Shown one piece after another: positions 1 through 9,239 of a DNA stretch of 64,000 nucleotides. The notes below the pieces were generated by a model that saw only the letters and a list, made by a program, of their open reading frames with translations, did no database searches and was not told the DNA's origin. The stretch's first letter is position 1. Each line of letters starts with the position of its first letter. A program made the translations under genes and the position numbers. The DNA is taken from the NCBI GenBank assembly GCA_038131445.1, contig JAYPPL010000010.1, forward strand, positions 234,683-298,682, given 5' to 3'. This DNA comes from Alphaproteobacteria bacterium (GTDB lineage: Bacteria > Pseudomonadota > Alphaproteobacteria > UBA6615).

Positions 1-204
1 GGTCATGAAGAGGCACCCTATAGGTGTCAGCGCTGCTCCAGTGCAGCGAAGCTGGGGTGAGTCTGGTGGAACATGAGGATAAGCCACAAGAATTCGTCCC
101 GTTTTCCGCTTGCATCCCCGTTTTACCTGTGCCGCCTAGCATTGCTAGAAGGCTATAATGTCGAAACTCCGGCGGAAATCTGGGGATAACTGAGGAGAGA
201 TAGT

Positions 205-1187
205 GTGCGCGCAGCCTGGTTCGAGGAATTCGGAGATGCGGACAAGGTGTTCAGGACCGGTGAACACCCGAAACCGGAGGTCGGGGAGGGCCAGGTTCTG
301 GTGCGTGTCCGGGCCTCGGGAATCAACCCGCTGGACGTGAAACGCCGCGCGGGCCATCGCGGGCCGATGATGGCCGAACGCATGATCCCCCATTTCGACG
401 GGGCCGGCGTTATCGAGGCAGTGGGCGCGGGCGTCGATGCGGCGCGCGTGGGCGAGCGGGTCTGGCTGTATGAGGCGCATCTGCGCCGCCCAGAAGGCAC
501 GGCGGCCGAATATATCGCCATCGACGCCTCGCGAGCCAATCTGCTGCCGGAAGGGCAGAGCTTCGCCGAGGGTGCGTGTCTGGGCATCCCCGCGATGACA
601 GCCCATGCCGCCGTCTTCAAAGACGGGCCGGTCGAGGGGCAGACGATCCTGGTGACTGGCGCGGCGGGCGCAGTCGGCAACTACGCCTTACAGATGGCCC
701 GCAATGGCGGGGCCACCGTGATTGGCACCGTGAGTTCGGACGAGAAGGCCGAGCGCGCCGCCGCTGACGGTGCGGCCCACACGATCAACTACAAGACCGA
801 GGACGTGGCCGAACGGGTCAAGGAGCTGACCGAGGGCAAGGGTGTCGATCGCGTGGTAGAGGTGGAGCTCGGCGGCAACTTCGAAACCACCATGAAAATC
901 CTGAAAACCGGCGCGGTGATCGCGGCCTACGCCTCGATGGCCAGCCGTTGACGCCGTTCCCCTTCTATCCGTTGCTGGCCAAGGCGCCTAGCCTGCACAT
1001 CATCGGCTGCTTTACCATGTCGGAAGCCTTCAAGCAGCAGAGCGTGACGGATATCTCGCGATGGATGGTCGAGGGACGGCTGACTAGCCGCGTGGCCGCC
1101 GAACTCCCGCTGGAGAAGATCGGGATGGCCCACGCGATGGTAGAGCAGGGGCGTCAGGTTGGCGGCGTGACCGTAACGATCGGCTGA
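205..1187 (+). pseudogene. NADPH:quinone oxidoreductase (zinc-type alcohol dehydrogenase/MDR family), split by a frameshift near 931-950
   Basis: ORFs 205..951 and 948..1187 are in different frames. Together they align end to end with the intact paralog at 36421..37401 (RVRASGINPLD vs KLEVSGVNPSD; TVSSDEKAERAA vs TVSSDEKGEYVR; AHAMVEQGRQVGGVTVTIG vs AHQMVEDAKHIGNVVLDIA). Frame 1 ends AAYASMASR*. Frame 2 reads LDGQPLTPFPFYPLLAK across the same bases. GTG start at 205 is preceded by gaggagag. Confidence 0.75.
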
Positions 1188-1477
1188 CGCCGCTCGGATC
1201 ACCTTTTATTTATTCGCGGCCAGCCAGTTGTGCGCCGCATTGGCCTAGCCGTCAGACAACTGCAGCACGGGGTCGCACGACGCCGTTTCGACGATCAGGT
1301 TTAAGAACCTACTCGGGCTGTGGCTGGCCGGGGAGAATAATTGATGGTGTGAGGCGACCAATTAGCCGGATTTGATTTCCACTACATCCAGCGTCGCACG
1401 CAATACATGGTTTCCGCCGACGAACACGGACTGGCCACCTGCGATTATCCGCGCCTCGACTATGACGATGTTGAGGC

Positions 1478-1831
1478 CTACCGCTTTTTGCTCTGGAAGG
1501 TTGGCTGCACCTTCGCTTTCAGGGCGTCCTTTATCATCTTGACAAGACGCGCCTGCATGAACGCGCGCTCTTCGGGCCAGCTCACCAGGGCGTTGTAGTC
1601 GCAACCCTGCTTCTTGTTCTCCGCGGCGGCAACATTGTAATGGTCGCCTAGGCCTCCAGTCTCAGGCTTCGGTTTTGTGCAGCCTTTTGACTCTGTGTAG
1701 GCTTCCTCGCCGGAACCCCAGGCGATGGGGGTGTGTGAAGCAACGCGGAAATTGATGGTCTGACTGTCGAGCACTTCGATCTGTTCCGCGGTAAGCGGAT
1801 TTTTTGCACCTGTTGCGCATGCGGCAAGTAG
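1478..1831 (-). pseudogene. Possible 5'-truncated remnant of a lipoprotein gene
   Basis: The frame of ORF 1478..1774 stays open upstream to 1939. It encodes a lipobox-like GLLAAC|ATGAKNPL with Cys at 1817-1819, but there is no hydrophobic signal segment and no ATG/GTG/TTG upstream of it. The surrounding 1200-2117 interval is AT-richer with no intact ORF. Confidence 0.3.
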
Positions 1832-2117
1832 CCCCGCCTGAGGTGTTCTAGAACGCGGCTTCGAACCTGGAGTTCGAGTTACAGCAATTCCCGGACCCGA
1901 CGGGCTCGCGTGATACGAAAACCGGTTTCCCGACCCCGACTAATGGCACTAAATGGCAAGCCGCCTAAAACCTATCAGGTCATAGGGCCTCCTTTCTTGC
2001 CGAGCAGTCGCTGCCTGACCAAGACGCCACTTAGGAACAGGTAGAGATTTTCGAGTTCGTGTTACCTCAGACCGATGAACTCGATTTACAGATTATCGGA
2101 ATAGCATTTTCGCGCTA

Positions 2118-2579
2118 CTAGCATCGCAGGGCGGATTGCACCTGGTTTTCCAGCGCCTGAAGAAAGGTTGAACGGTCATTCTTGGAAAACGCAGCCGGTC
2201 CGCGCGTGACCTCTCCCGATGAGCGCAGGTCCGTCATCAGGTCGCGCGTGGCGAGCGCCATGCCGATCGAGGCAGTGTCCAGAACCCGGCCGTTGGGGCG
2301 CAGGGCCAGCGCGCCGGCCTTGATGCAGCGGTCCGCGAGCGGGATATCCTGGGTGACGACGATGTCTTGTGCACCGATCCGCTCGGCGATCCAGTTATCG
2401 GCGAGATCCGCGCCTTCACCGACGACGGTCTGCGTCACGAGCGGGTGCCCGTGATAGCCGAACATGCCGCTGTTGGAGACGAGGTGGACCCTGATCTGGT
2501 GCCGCTCGGCCACGCGCAGAATTTCGTCCTTCACGGGGCAGGCGTCGGCATCGACATAGATCTCAGGCCGGCCCGCCAT
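2118..2579 (-). CDS. YaiI/YqxD family protein (DUF188, UPF0178)
   Basis: 153 aa. N-terminus IYVDADACPVKDEI and central DNWIAE...DIVVTQDIPLA are the family signatures. Confidence 0.85.
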   Translation of the reverse strand: MAGRPEIYVDADACPVKDEILRVAERHQIRVHLVSNSGMFGYHGHPLVTQTVVGEGADLADNWIAERIGAQDIVVTQDIPLADRCIKAGALALRPNGRVLDTASIGMALATRDLMTDLRSSGEVTRGPAAFSKNDRSTFLQALENQVQSALRC

Positions 2580-2586
2580 GGGGGCG

Positions 2587-3822
2587 TTATTCCTCGGCGG
2601 CCTTGTTCGATTCCGCGCGGACCGAACGTTCCCAGTCCGTGATGTAGTCGCGGGTCAGCGGCACGGCGTTCTGCTGTTTGGCGATCTGGATCTGGAAAAC
2701 CATCTGGCCCATACGCCGGAACGCGATCTCGCAGCCCAGCAGGTAGAATTCCCACATCCGGCAAAAGCGTTCGTCGTACAACTCCAGCGCCTTCTCGCGT
2801 TGGGCCATGAACCGGTCGTACCAGAGGTGCAGCGTGTCGGCGTAGTGCAGACGCAGGATCTCGATGTCGGTGACCCACAGGCCCGCTTTTTCGATGGCGG
2901 ATAGCGTTTCAGACAGCGCGGGCGTGTAGCCGCCCGGGAAGATGTACTTGCGTAGCCACGGGTTGGTGGTCCCCGGCGTGTCCATGCGGCCGATTGAGTG
3001 CAGCAGGAAGACGCCGTCGTCCTTCAGCAGGGCGCGTGCTTTGCGGAAATATTCAAGAAAGTGGCCCGCGCCCACGTGCTCGAACATGCCAACCGAGACG
3101 ATCCGGTCATAGGTATCGGTCTCTTCTCGATAATCCTGGAGCTTGAAGCGCACCCGGTTGGACAGGCCGGCCTCGGCAGCGCGGCGCTGGCTGACCTTGT
3201 GCTGTTCGGTGGACAGCGTCACGCCGGTAACGTCGGCGCCGGACACCTTCGACAGGTAGAGCCCCATGCCGCCCCAGCCCGAACCGATGTCGAGGACTTT
3301 CAGCCCCGGCTCATTCAGCAGCAGCTTGGCCGCGATATGGCGCTTCTTGTCTTCCTGGGCGCGTTCCAGATCTTTGTGCGGGTTGTCGAAATAGGCACAG
3401 GAATACTGGCGGTCGGTGTCCAGGAACAGGTCGTACAGATCGTCTGACAGATCGTAGTGGTGGGCGACGTTGCGCTGGGCCGTGCCTACGGGGTTGTACT
3501 GCTGGATACGCCGGAACAGGCGACCTAGGCTCGCGCTACACCCGTAGAACCAATGGTTCTCGAAGTCGTCAATGTTGATCCCGACCAGATCGATGAGGTC
3601 GTAGAGCGATCCGTCCTCGATGGTCAGGGTGCCGTCCATATAGGCTTCACCAGTGGCCAGGCGCGGGTTCAGCAGGAGCCGCCGCTCCGTGGCCCCGTCA
3701 TGGACACGAACGGTGATCTTCGGTGCTCTTCCGTCACCGATCATGTGAGTGTGACCTCGCGCGTCGATCAGCGTGAGGTCGCCTTTCTCGAAAATCGCTC
3801 CGAGAAACCGAGCCAAAAGCAT
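2587..3822 (-). CDS. cfa: Cyclopropane-fatty-acyl-phospholipid synthase family SAM-dependent methyltransferase
   Basis: 411 aa. HYDLSDDLYDLFLD...QYSCAYF block, SAM motif VLDIGSGWGG, and C-terminal RMWEFYLLGCEIAFR are typical of Cfa/mycolic acid methyltransferases. Confidence 0.9.
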   Translation of the reverse strand: MLLARFLGAIFEKGDLTLIDARGHTHMIGDGRAPKITVRVHDGATERRLLLNPRLATGEAYMDGTLTIEDGSLYDLIDLVGINIDDFENHWFYGCSASLGRLFRRIQQYNPVGTAQRNVAHHYDLSDDLYDLFLDTDRQYSCAYFDNPHKDLERAQEDKKRHIAAKLLLNEPGLKVLDIGSGWGGMGLYLSKVSGADVTGVTLSTEQHKVSQRRAAEAGLSNRVRFKLQDYREETDTYDRIVSVGMFEHVGAGHFLEYFRKARALLKDDGVFLLHSIGRMDTPGTTNPWLRKYIFPGGYTPALSETLSAIEKAGLWVTDIEILRLHYADTLHLWYDRFMAQREKALELYDERFCRMWEFYLLGCEIAFRRMGQMVFQIQIAKQQNAVPLTRDYITDWERSVRAESNKAAEE

Positions 3823-3910
3823 CGCAGCCCCCCGCTGCCAAATAATTCGTTACGACGCAGGGGAGAAAGGCTAGCAAAACTCACTCATGCGAGCAAAAAA
3901 AGGATAACGC

Positions 3911-4588
3911 TCAGGCGTTTTCGGTATCCTCGTCGCCCGCGTCCGCCGTTTCGTCGGCTTCTTCGGCGACACGCTCGGCGACCTCTTCCTCGACCATGCC
4001 CTCGACCGCCTCGGCCTCGGCCGACTTGTCGTCGGCAATGGCGAGTGCCTCCTCAGCCAGTGCAACGGCCGCTTCAGCTGCCTCGGACTCCTCGGCGATC
4101 TCCGTGATCGAGATGCCGCGCTCGCGCTGGAGTTCGGCTTCGTCCTCGTTGCGCGCGACGTTGGCCGTCACCTCGACCTGGACTTCCGGGTGCAGCAAGA
4201 CACGCACGGGATGCAGACCCAGTTCCTTGATCGGACGGTCGAGCATCACCTGGCCGCGTGCGATGGTCACGCCTGATTCGGAGACCGTATCCGCGAGATC
4301 GCGTGCTGAGACCGAACCGTAGAGCTGGCCGCTGTCACCGGCCTGACGGATCAGGACGATGTTGAGTGCCTCGATCTTGCTCGCGACGGCTTCGGCGTCC
4401 TTGCGACGCTCGAGGTTCTCGGCCTCAAGCTGGGCCCGCTGGGACTCGAAGTAGCTGCGGTTCTCATCGCTCGCACGAAGCGCCTTCTTCTGAGGAAGAA
4501 GGAAGTTGCGCGCGAAGCCCGGTTTTACTGTGACCACGTCACCCATCTGGCCCAGCTTTTCGATACGTTCGAGAAGGATAACTTCCAT
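3911..4588 (-). CDS. rplI: 50S ribosomal protein L9 with a long acidic C-terminal extension
   Basis: [36 protein letters not shown] is the canonical L9 N-domain. GGAGG lies 8 nt upstream. The last ~75 aa are rich in E/A/D. Confidence 0.95.
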   Translation of the reverse strand: MEVILLERIEKLGQMGDVVTVKPGFARNFLLPQKKALRASDENRSYFESQRAQLEAENLERRKDAEAVASKIEALNIVLIRQAGDSGQLYGSVSARDLADTVSESGVTIARGQVMLDRPIKELGLHPVRVLLHPEVQVEVTANVARNEDEAELQRERGISITEIAEESEAAEAAVALAEEALAIADDKSAEAEAVEGMVEEEVAERVAEEADETADAGDEDTENA

Positions 4589-4769
4589 TTTTCAGACCTC
4601 CTGGCCGGCGGGCAGAAGCCCGATCCGGCGGCGAAGATTGAGAGTTTGATCTGCCACGCCAATCTCCGCGTCCATACCCGCGCCCAGCGTCAGCACCAGA
4701 TTTTTTGCCGTTCCCTGCATCGGTTCCTGCTCCGTCCGGCGGCCCCAAGGCCTCGCGGGCGGACTATGA

Positions 4770-5018
4770 TCAATCGACGACATAGGGGAGCAGGGCGAGG
4801 AAACGCGCGCGCTTGATGGCGCGGGCGAGTTCACGCTGCTTCTTGGCCGACACCGCAGTGATGCGGCTGGGCACGATCTTGCCGCGCTCGGAGATGTAGC
4901 GCGACAGGAGCTTTGTGTCTTTATAGTCGATCTTCGGTGCGTCCTCGCCCGAGAACGGGCAGGTCTTGCGCCGGCGGAAGAATGGACGGCGTCCGCCGCC
5001 ACGGGGTCCCATAGCCAT
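4770..5018 (-). CDS. rpsR: 30S ribosomal protein S18
   Basis: 82 aa. [35 protein letters not shown] is the S18 signature. The start overlaps the rpsF stop (TAATG). Confidence 0.97.
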   Translation of the reverse strand: MAMGPRGGGRRPFFRRRKTCPFSGEDAPKIDYKDTKLLSRYISERGKIVPSRITAVSAKKQRELARAIKRARFLALLPYVVD

Positions 5019-5482
5019 TATTCACTGTCTCCGTCGCTGGAATTGTCGTCAGAGGACTCAGATGCGGCCTCATGGGGGGCAGCGTCACCAGGAGCGCCTT
5101 CGGCACGGCGCGGCTGCTCCTCGCCGTTATCGTAATCGTCGCGGCGCGAACCGCGTTCCTTGCGCCCCTGCATCATCATGGACGGACCTTCCTCCACTTC
5201 CTCGATACGAAGCGTGAGGTAACGAAGAATGTCGTCGTGGATGCGCTGCTGGCGCTCGAGTTCGGTGACGACCTCAGACGGCGCGTCCAGATTCATCATA
5301 ACGTAGTGGCCCTTCCGGTTCTTCTTGATCCGGTAGGCGAGGTTTCGAAGGCCCCAAGACTCGATTCCAACAACCTTGCCGCCGCCATTCTCGACAACGC
5401 CGGTGAAGGCCTCGACGAGCTGGTCAACCTGCGCACCGGAGATATCCTGGCGCGCAATAAAAACGTGTTCATAGAGTGGCAT
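5018..5482 (-). CDS. rpsF: 30S ribosomal protein S6, with an acidic C-terminal tail
   Basis: The internal start [15 protein letters not shown] at 5482 is preceded by GAGGGAG. The longer ORF to 5686 is an Arg-rich, non-homologous extension. Confidence 0.95.
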   Translation of the reverse strand: MPLYEHVFIARQDISGAQVDQLVEAFTGVVENGGGKVVGIESWGLRNLAYRIKKNRKGHYVMMNLDAPSEVVTELERQQRIHDDILRYLTLRIEEVEEGPSMMMQGRKERGSRRDDYDNGEEQPRRAEGAPGDAAPHEAASESSDDNSSDGDSE

Positions 5483-5732
5483 TGAATGCGACTCCCTCTG
5501 GCTATTCACTGACCGCCGCCGATCGCCCCGATCCCGGGCCGCGGCTGCACGGTCATAGCCGGCGGGCAACATTGCTTCGCCGGCAAGGAGTACGGCCCGG
5601 ATTTCTCCCGTGCCGCTTGAGCAGCGGTAATAACCACATGGCGGGTGCCCGCGCAAGCGCTTCTTCTGCTGCCTTGCGGGACGCATTTGCCGGCTATAAG
5701 ACTGGCATGTTTGGATTTTCGGGGGTTAGAGA

Positions 5733-6674
5733 ATGAGTCGCGCCTTAGTCTGTCCCGGTCAGGGAAGCCAGGAAGTCGGTATGGGCCGTGAGCTTTCGGA
5801 TGCCTTTCCCGCGGCACGGCTGGTGTTCGAGGAAGTGGACGACGCGCTGGAAAAGCGCCTTAGTCGCCTCATGTTCGAGGGGCCGCAGGAAGAACTGACC
5901 CTGACAGAAAACGCCCAGCCGGCACTGATGGCGGTCAGTATGGCCGCCGTGCGGGTGATCGAGCAGGAGGGTGGCAAGCCCATCGGCGATATCGCCGCCT
6001 ATGTGGCCGGGCACAGCCTGGGTGAGTATTCCGCGCTGGCGGCGGCAGGCGCGATCCCTCTGGCCGAAGCGGCACGGCTGCTCCAGACCCGCGGTGAAGC
6101 GATGCAAGCGGCGGTCCCCGTGGGCGAGGGCGCGATGGCCGCGATCCTGGGGCCCAGTTTGGAAGAGGTCGAGGAGATTGCAGCCGAGGCGGCGGGCGAT
6201 GAGGTGTGTGACGTCGCCAACGACAATTCTGAAGGCCAGGTCGTTGTCAGCGGCAACACTGCCGCCGTTGAGCGCGCGGTCGAGATCGCGAAGGAACGCG
6301 GCGTGCGCCGCGCTGTGCTGCTGCCGGTCAGTGCACCATTCCATTGCTCGCTGCTCGATCCGGCCGCCGACGTGATGACCTATGCGCTGGCCACAGCCAA
6401 CATCACCGCGCCGAACCCGCCGGTTGTGGCGAATGTCACCGCCCAACCGGTGTCCGACCCCGACGAGATCCGCAATCTGCTGATCGAGCAGGTGACGAGC
6501 CGGGTACGCTGGCGCGAATGCGTTCTGAGCATGCGCGACCTCGGCGTCGAGGAATTGTGCGAGGTGGGTGCGGGTAAGGTGCTGACGGGGCTGGCACGGC
6601 GGATCGACCGCGACCTCGGCGCGCGGGCGATCGGCACCCCGGTCGACATCGAAGATTTTCTCGGATCGCTCTAG
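5733..6674 (+). CDS. fabD: Malonyl-CoA:ACP transacylase
   Basis: 313 aa. FPGQGSQ-type N-terminus (CPGQGSQEVGMG) and active-site GHSLGEYSAL. Confidence 0.95.
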   Translation: MSRALVCPGQGSQEVGMGRELSDAFPAARLVFEEVDDALEKRLSRLMFEGPQEELTLTENAQPALMAVSMAAVRVIEQEGGKPIGDIAAYVAGHSLGEYSALAAAGAIPLAEAARLLQTRGEAMQAAVPVGEGAMAAILGPSLEEVEEIAAEAAGDEVCDVANDNSEGQVVVSGNTAAVERAVEIAKERGVRRAVLLPVSAPFHCSLLDPAADVMTYALATANITAPNPPVVANVTAQPVSDPDEIRNLLIEQVTSRVRWRECVLSMRDLGVEELCEVGAGKVLTGLARRIDRDLGARAIGTPVDIEDFLGSL

Positions 6675-6685
6675 GGAGACACGGC

Positions 6686-7423
6686 ATGTTCGACCTTCAA
6701 GGCAAGACGGCTCTGGTCACTGGCGCCACGGGCGGCATCGGCGGGGCGATCGCGCACCAGCTTCATGCCTGTGGCGCAACCATCGTGGCGAGCGGCACGC
6801 GCGCCGAAAAACTCGACACGCTCATTGGCGAACTCGGGGAGCGGTGCTTTGCCGTTCCCGCCAACCTGTCCGATCCGGCAGCCCCCGACGCGCTGGTTGC
6901 GGCGGCGGGCGAGGCGGCCGGCGGTGTCGATATCCTCATCAACAATGCGGGTCTCACTCGCGACAACCTCGCCATGCGTATGAAGGACGAGGAGTGGCAG
7001 GAGGTCCTGGACGTCAACCTGTCTTCCGCGTTCCGGCTCAGCCGCGCAGTGTTGCGCGGCATGATGAAGGCGCGCTGGGGCCGCATCGTCACGGTAACCT
7101 CCGTGGTCGGGGCGACGGGCAATCCCGGGCAGACCAACTACGCCGCCTCGAAGGCGGGACTGACGGGCATGACCAAGGCGCTGGCCCAGGAAGTCGCCAG
7201 CCGCGGGATCACGGTCAACTGCATCGCGCCGGGTTTCATCGAGACACCCATGACCGATGCGTTGTCCGACGACCAGAAGGCCGCGCTGCTGGGACGAATC
7301 CCGGCCGGACGGCTTGGTGTGGTGGACGATGTGGCTGCCTGCGCGGTGTTTCTGGCAAGCCAGGAAGCGTCTTATGTCACCGGCCAGACCATCCATGTGA
7401 ATGGCGGGATGGCCATGATCTGA
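6686..7423 (+). CDS. fabG: 3-oxoacyl-ACP reductase
   Basis: 245 aa SDR. TGATGGIG, NNAG, YAASKAG, and position in the conserved fabD-fabG-acpP-fabF order. Confidence 0.95.
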   Translation: MFDLQGKTALVTGATGGIGGAIAHQLHACGATIVASGTRAEKLDTLIGELGERCFAVPANLSDPAAPDALVAAAGEAAGGVDILINNAGLTRDNLAMRMKDEEWQEVLDVNLSSAFRLSRAVLRGMMKARWGRIVTVTSVVGATGNPGQTNYAASKAGLTGMTKALAQEVASRGITVNCIAPGFIETPMTDALSDDQKAALLGRIPAGRLGVVDDVAACAVFLASQEASYVTGQTIHVNGGMAMI

Positions 7424-7631
7424 GCGCCGCGCGCTTGACGTTACGGACGAACGCAGCTAAGTCGCGCCCTCCATGGGCGCTGTTTTCGGGCCACGGTCCG
7501 TCGCAAGGCGCTATGAACAGGGATGGGCGGTCGTTTTTTGGGGGGAACCCCGTCACCGAATCGTCTTAAATCATCCCGTGCTTAACCATCCCGTATCGGG
7601 ATCGCGAAACAAGAACCGAGGGCAGGCAGAA

Positions 7632-7868
7632 ATGAGCGATATTGCCGAGCGCGTGCAAAAGATCGTCGTCGAGCATCTGGGCGTCGACGAAGGCAAAGTC
7701 ACCGAAAACGCGAGCTTCATCGACGATCTTGGGGCGGACAGCCTCGACACCGTGGAACTGGTGATGGCGTTCGAGGAAGAGTTCGGTTGTGAAATTCCGG
7801 ACGACGCCGCGGAGAAGATCCTGACCGTCGGCGACGCGGTGAAATTCCTCGAAGAAGCCGCCGACTAA
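7632..7868 (+). CDS. acpP: Acyl carrier protein
   Basis: The internal start [20 protein letters not shown] gives 78 aa with the phosphopantetheine site [20 protein letters not shown]. The upstream part of ORF 7473.. is non-homologous. Confidence 0.97.
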   Translation: MSDIAERVQKIVVEHLGVDEGKVTENASFIDDLGADSLDTVELVMAFEEEFGCEIPDDAAEKILTVGDAVKFLEEAAD

Positions 7869-7880
7869 CGCACGGTACCC

Positions 7881-7908
7881 GGCCCGCATGGATATGCCAT
7901 TGCGGGCC
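7881..7908 (+). terminator. Stem-loop between acpP and fabF (possible attenuator or partial terminator)
   Basis: ggcccgcatgg (7881-7891) pairs with ccat(t)gcgggcc (7897-7908) with one bulge. There is no clean U tract after it. Confidence 0.4.
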
Positions 7909-7940
7909 ATTCGACCGACAATCACCGCAATCGGAATTCC

Positions 7941-9200
7941 ATGAGACGTGTCGTCGTCACCGGAATGGGTCTCGTCACGCCGCTCGGCGTGGGACTCGAT
8001 CACAACTGGGCGCGCCTGACCGCAGGCGAATCCGGGGCCCGGACCATCGATAAGTTCGACGTGTCGGACCTGCCCGCCAAGATCGCGGCCCAGGTGCCGC
8101 GCGGCGATGGATCGGACGGCACGTTCAACGCCGACGACTTTGTGTCCACCAAGGAACAGCGCCGGATCGACGAGTTCATCGTCTATGGCATTGCGGCGGC
8201 GGTTCAGGCGGTCGAGGACTCCGGTTGGGAGCCGGAAGCCGATGAGGACCAGTGGCGCACCGGAGTGATGATCGGCTCCGGTATCGGCGGGCTACAGACC
8301 ATCGCTGACGGCGAGAAGTTGCTCAACGAGCAGGGCCCGCGCAAAGTCGGACCGTTCTTCATCCCCTCCGCGCTGATCAACCTGGCCTCGGGCCATGTGT
8401 CGATCCGTTACGGCTTCAAGGGTCCGAACCACGCGGTGGTCACGGCCTGTTCGACCGGCGCGCATGCTATCGGTGATGCGGCCCGGCTGATCATGCTGGA
8501 CGATGCCGACGTGATGGTCGCGGGTGGTGCGGAGGCGGCCATCTGCCGCATCGGCATCGCGGGTTTTGCGGCCTGCCGGGCTTTGTCCACCGGCTACAAT
8601 GACACACCCCAGCAGGCCTCGCGTCCTTACGACAAGGGCCGTGACGGGTTCGTCATGGGCGAAGGCGCGGGCGTGGTGGTGCTTGAGGAATACGAACACG
8701 CCAAGGCGCGCGGTGCGCATATTTACGCCGAGGTCGTCGGTTATGGCTTGTCGGGCGACGCGCACCACATCACGGCGCCTGCCGAAGACGGCAATGGTGG
8801 TTTCCGGTCCATGCAGGCGGCGCTGAAGCGCGCGGGCCTCAATCCGGAAGACATCGACTACGTCAACGCGCACGGCACCTCGACACCGCTGGGCGACGAG
8901 ATCGAGCTCGGCGCGGTCAAGCGCCTGTTCGGCGACCATGCCTACAACCTGTCCATGTCCTCGACGAAGTCCGCCATCGGGCATCTGCTTGGCGCAGCGG
9001 GTGCGGTTGAGGCGGTCTATTCGATCCTGGCGATCAACAACGATGTCGTGCCGCCGACGATCAATCTCGACGATCCGTCGGATGCCTGCGATATCGACCT
9101 CGTGCCCCACACGGCCAAGGAGCGAAAGGTGCGTCATGCGCTCAGCAACTCCTTCGGCTTTGGCGGGACCAATGCGAGCCTCGTTTTCGCCGAGGTCTGA
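7941..9200 (+). CDS. fabF: 3-oxoacyl-ACP synthase II
   Basis: 419 aa. MRRVVVTGMGLVTPLG, active-site ACSTGAH, NAHGTSTPLGD, and C-terminal SFGFGGTNASLVF. Confidence 0.95.
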   Translation: MRRVVVTGMGLVTPLGVGLDHNWARLTAGESGARTIDKFDVSDLPAKIAAQVPRGDGSDGTFNADDFVSTKEQRRIDEFIVYGIAAAVQAVEDSGWEPEADEDQWRTGVMIGSGIGGLQTIADGEKLLNEQGPRKVGPFFIPSALINLASGHVSIRYGFKGPNHAVVTACSTGAHAIGDAARLIMLDDADVMVAGGAEAAICRIGIAGFAACRALSTGYNDTPQQASRPYDKGRDGFVMGEGAGVVVLEEYEHAKARGAHIYAEVVGYGLSGDAHHITAPAEDGNGGFRSMQAALKRAGLNPEDIDYVNAHGTSTPLGDEIELGAVKRLFGDHAYNLSMSSTKSAIGHLLGAAGAVEAVYSILAINNDVVPPTINLDDPSDACDIDLVPHTAKERKVRHALSNSFGFGGTNASLVFAEV

Positions 9201-9239
9201 CCTCACGACTCCCGCATTCCCGGCTATCATCGCCGGCGT

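Noticed and set aside
1845-1895. tRNA-like GGTTCGAA motif and a GAAC-N8-GAAC (LexA-box-like) arrangement
   Set aside because: The sequences flanking the TTCGAA core cannot form a T-stem or an acceptor stem. The spacing is N8, not the N7 of the alphaproteobacterial LexA box, and no SOS gene lies downstream.
5483-5732. Possible S6:S18-binding leader RNA upstream of rpsF
   Set aside because: Such leaders are described in the literature. I could not confidently fold or recognise the motif by eye in this 250-nt divergent spacer, so I make no call.
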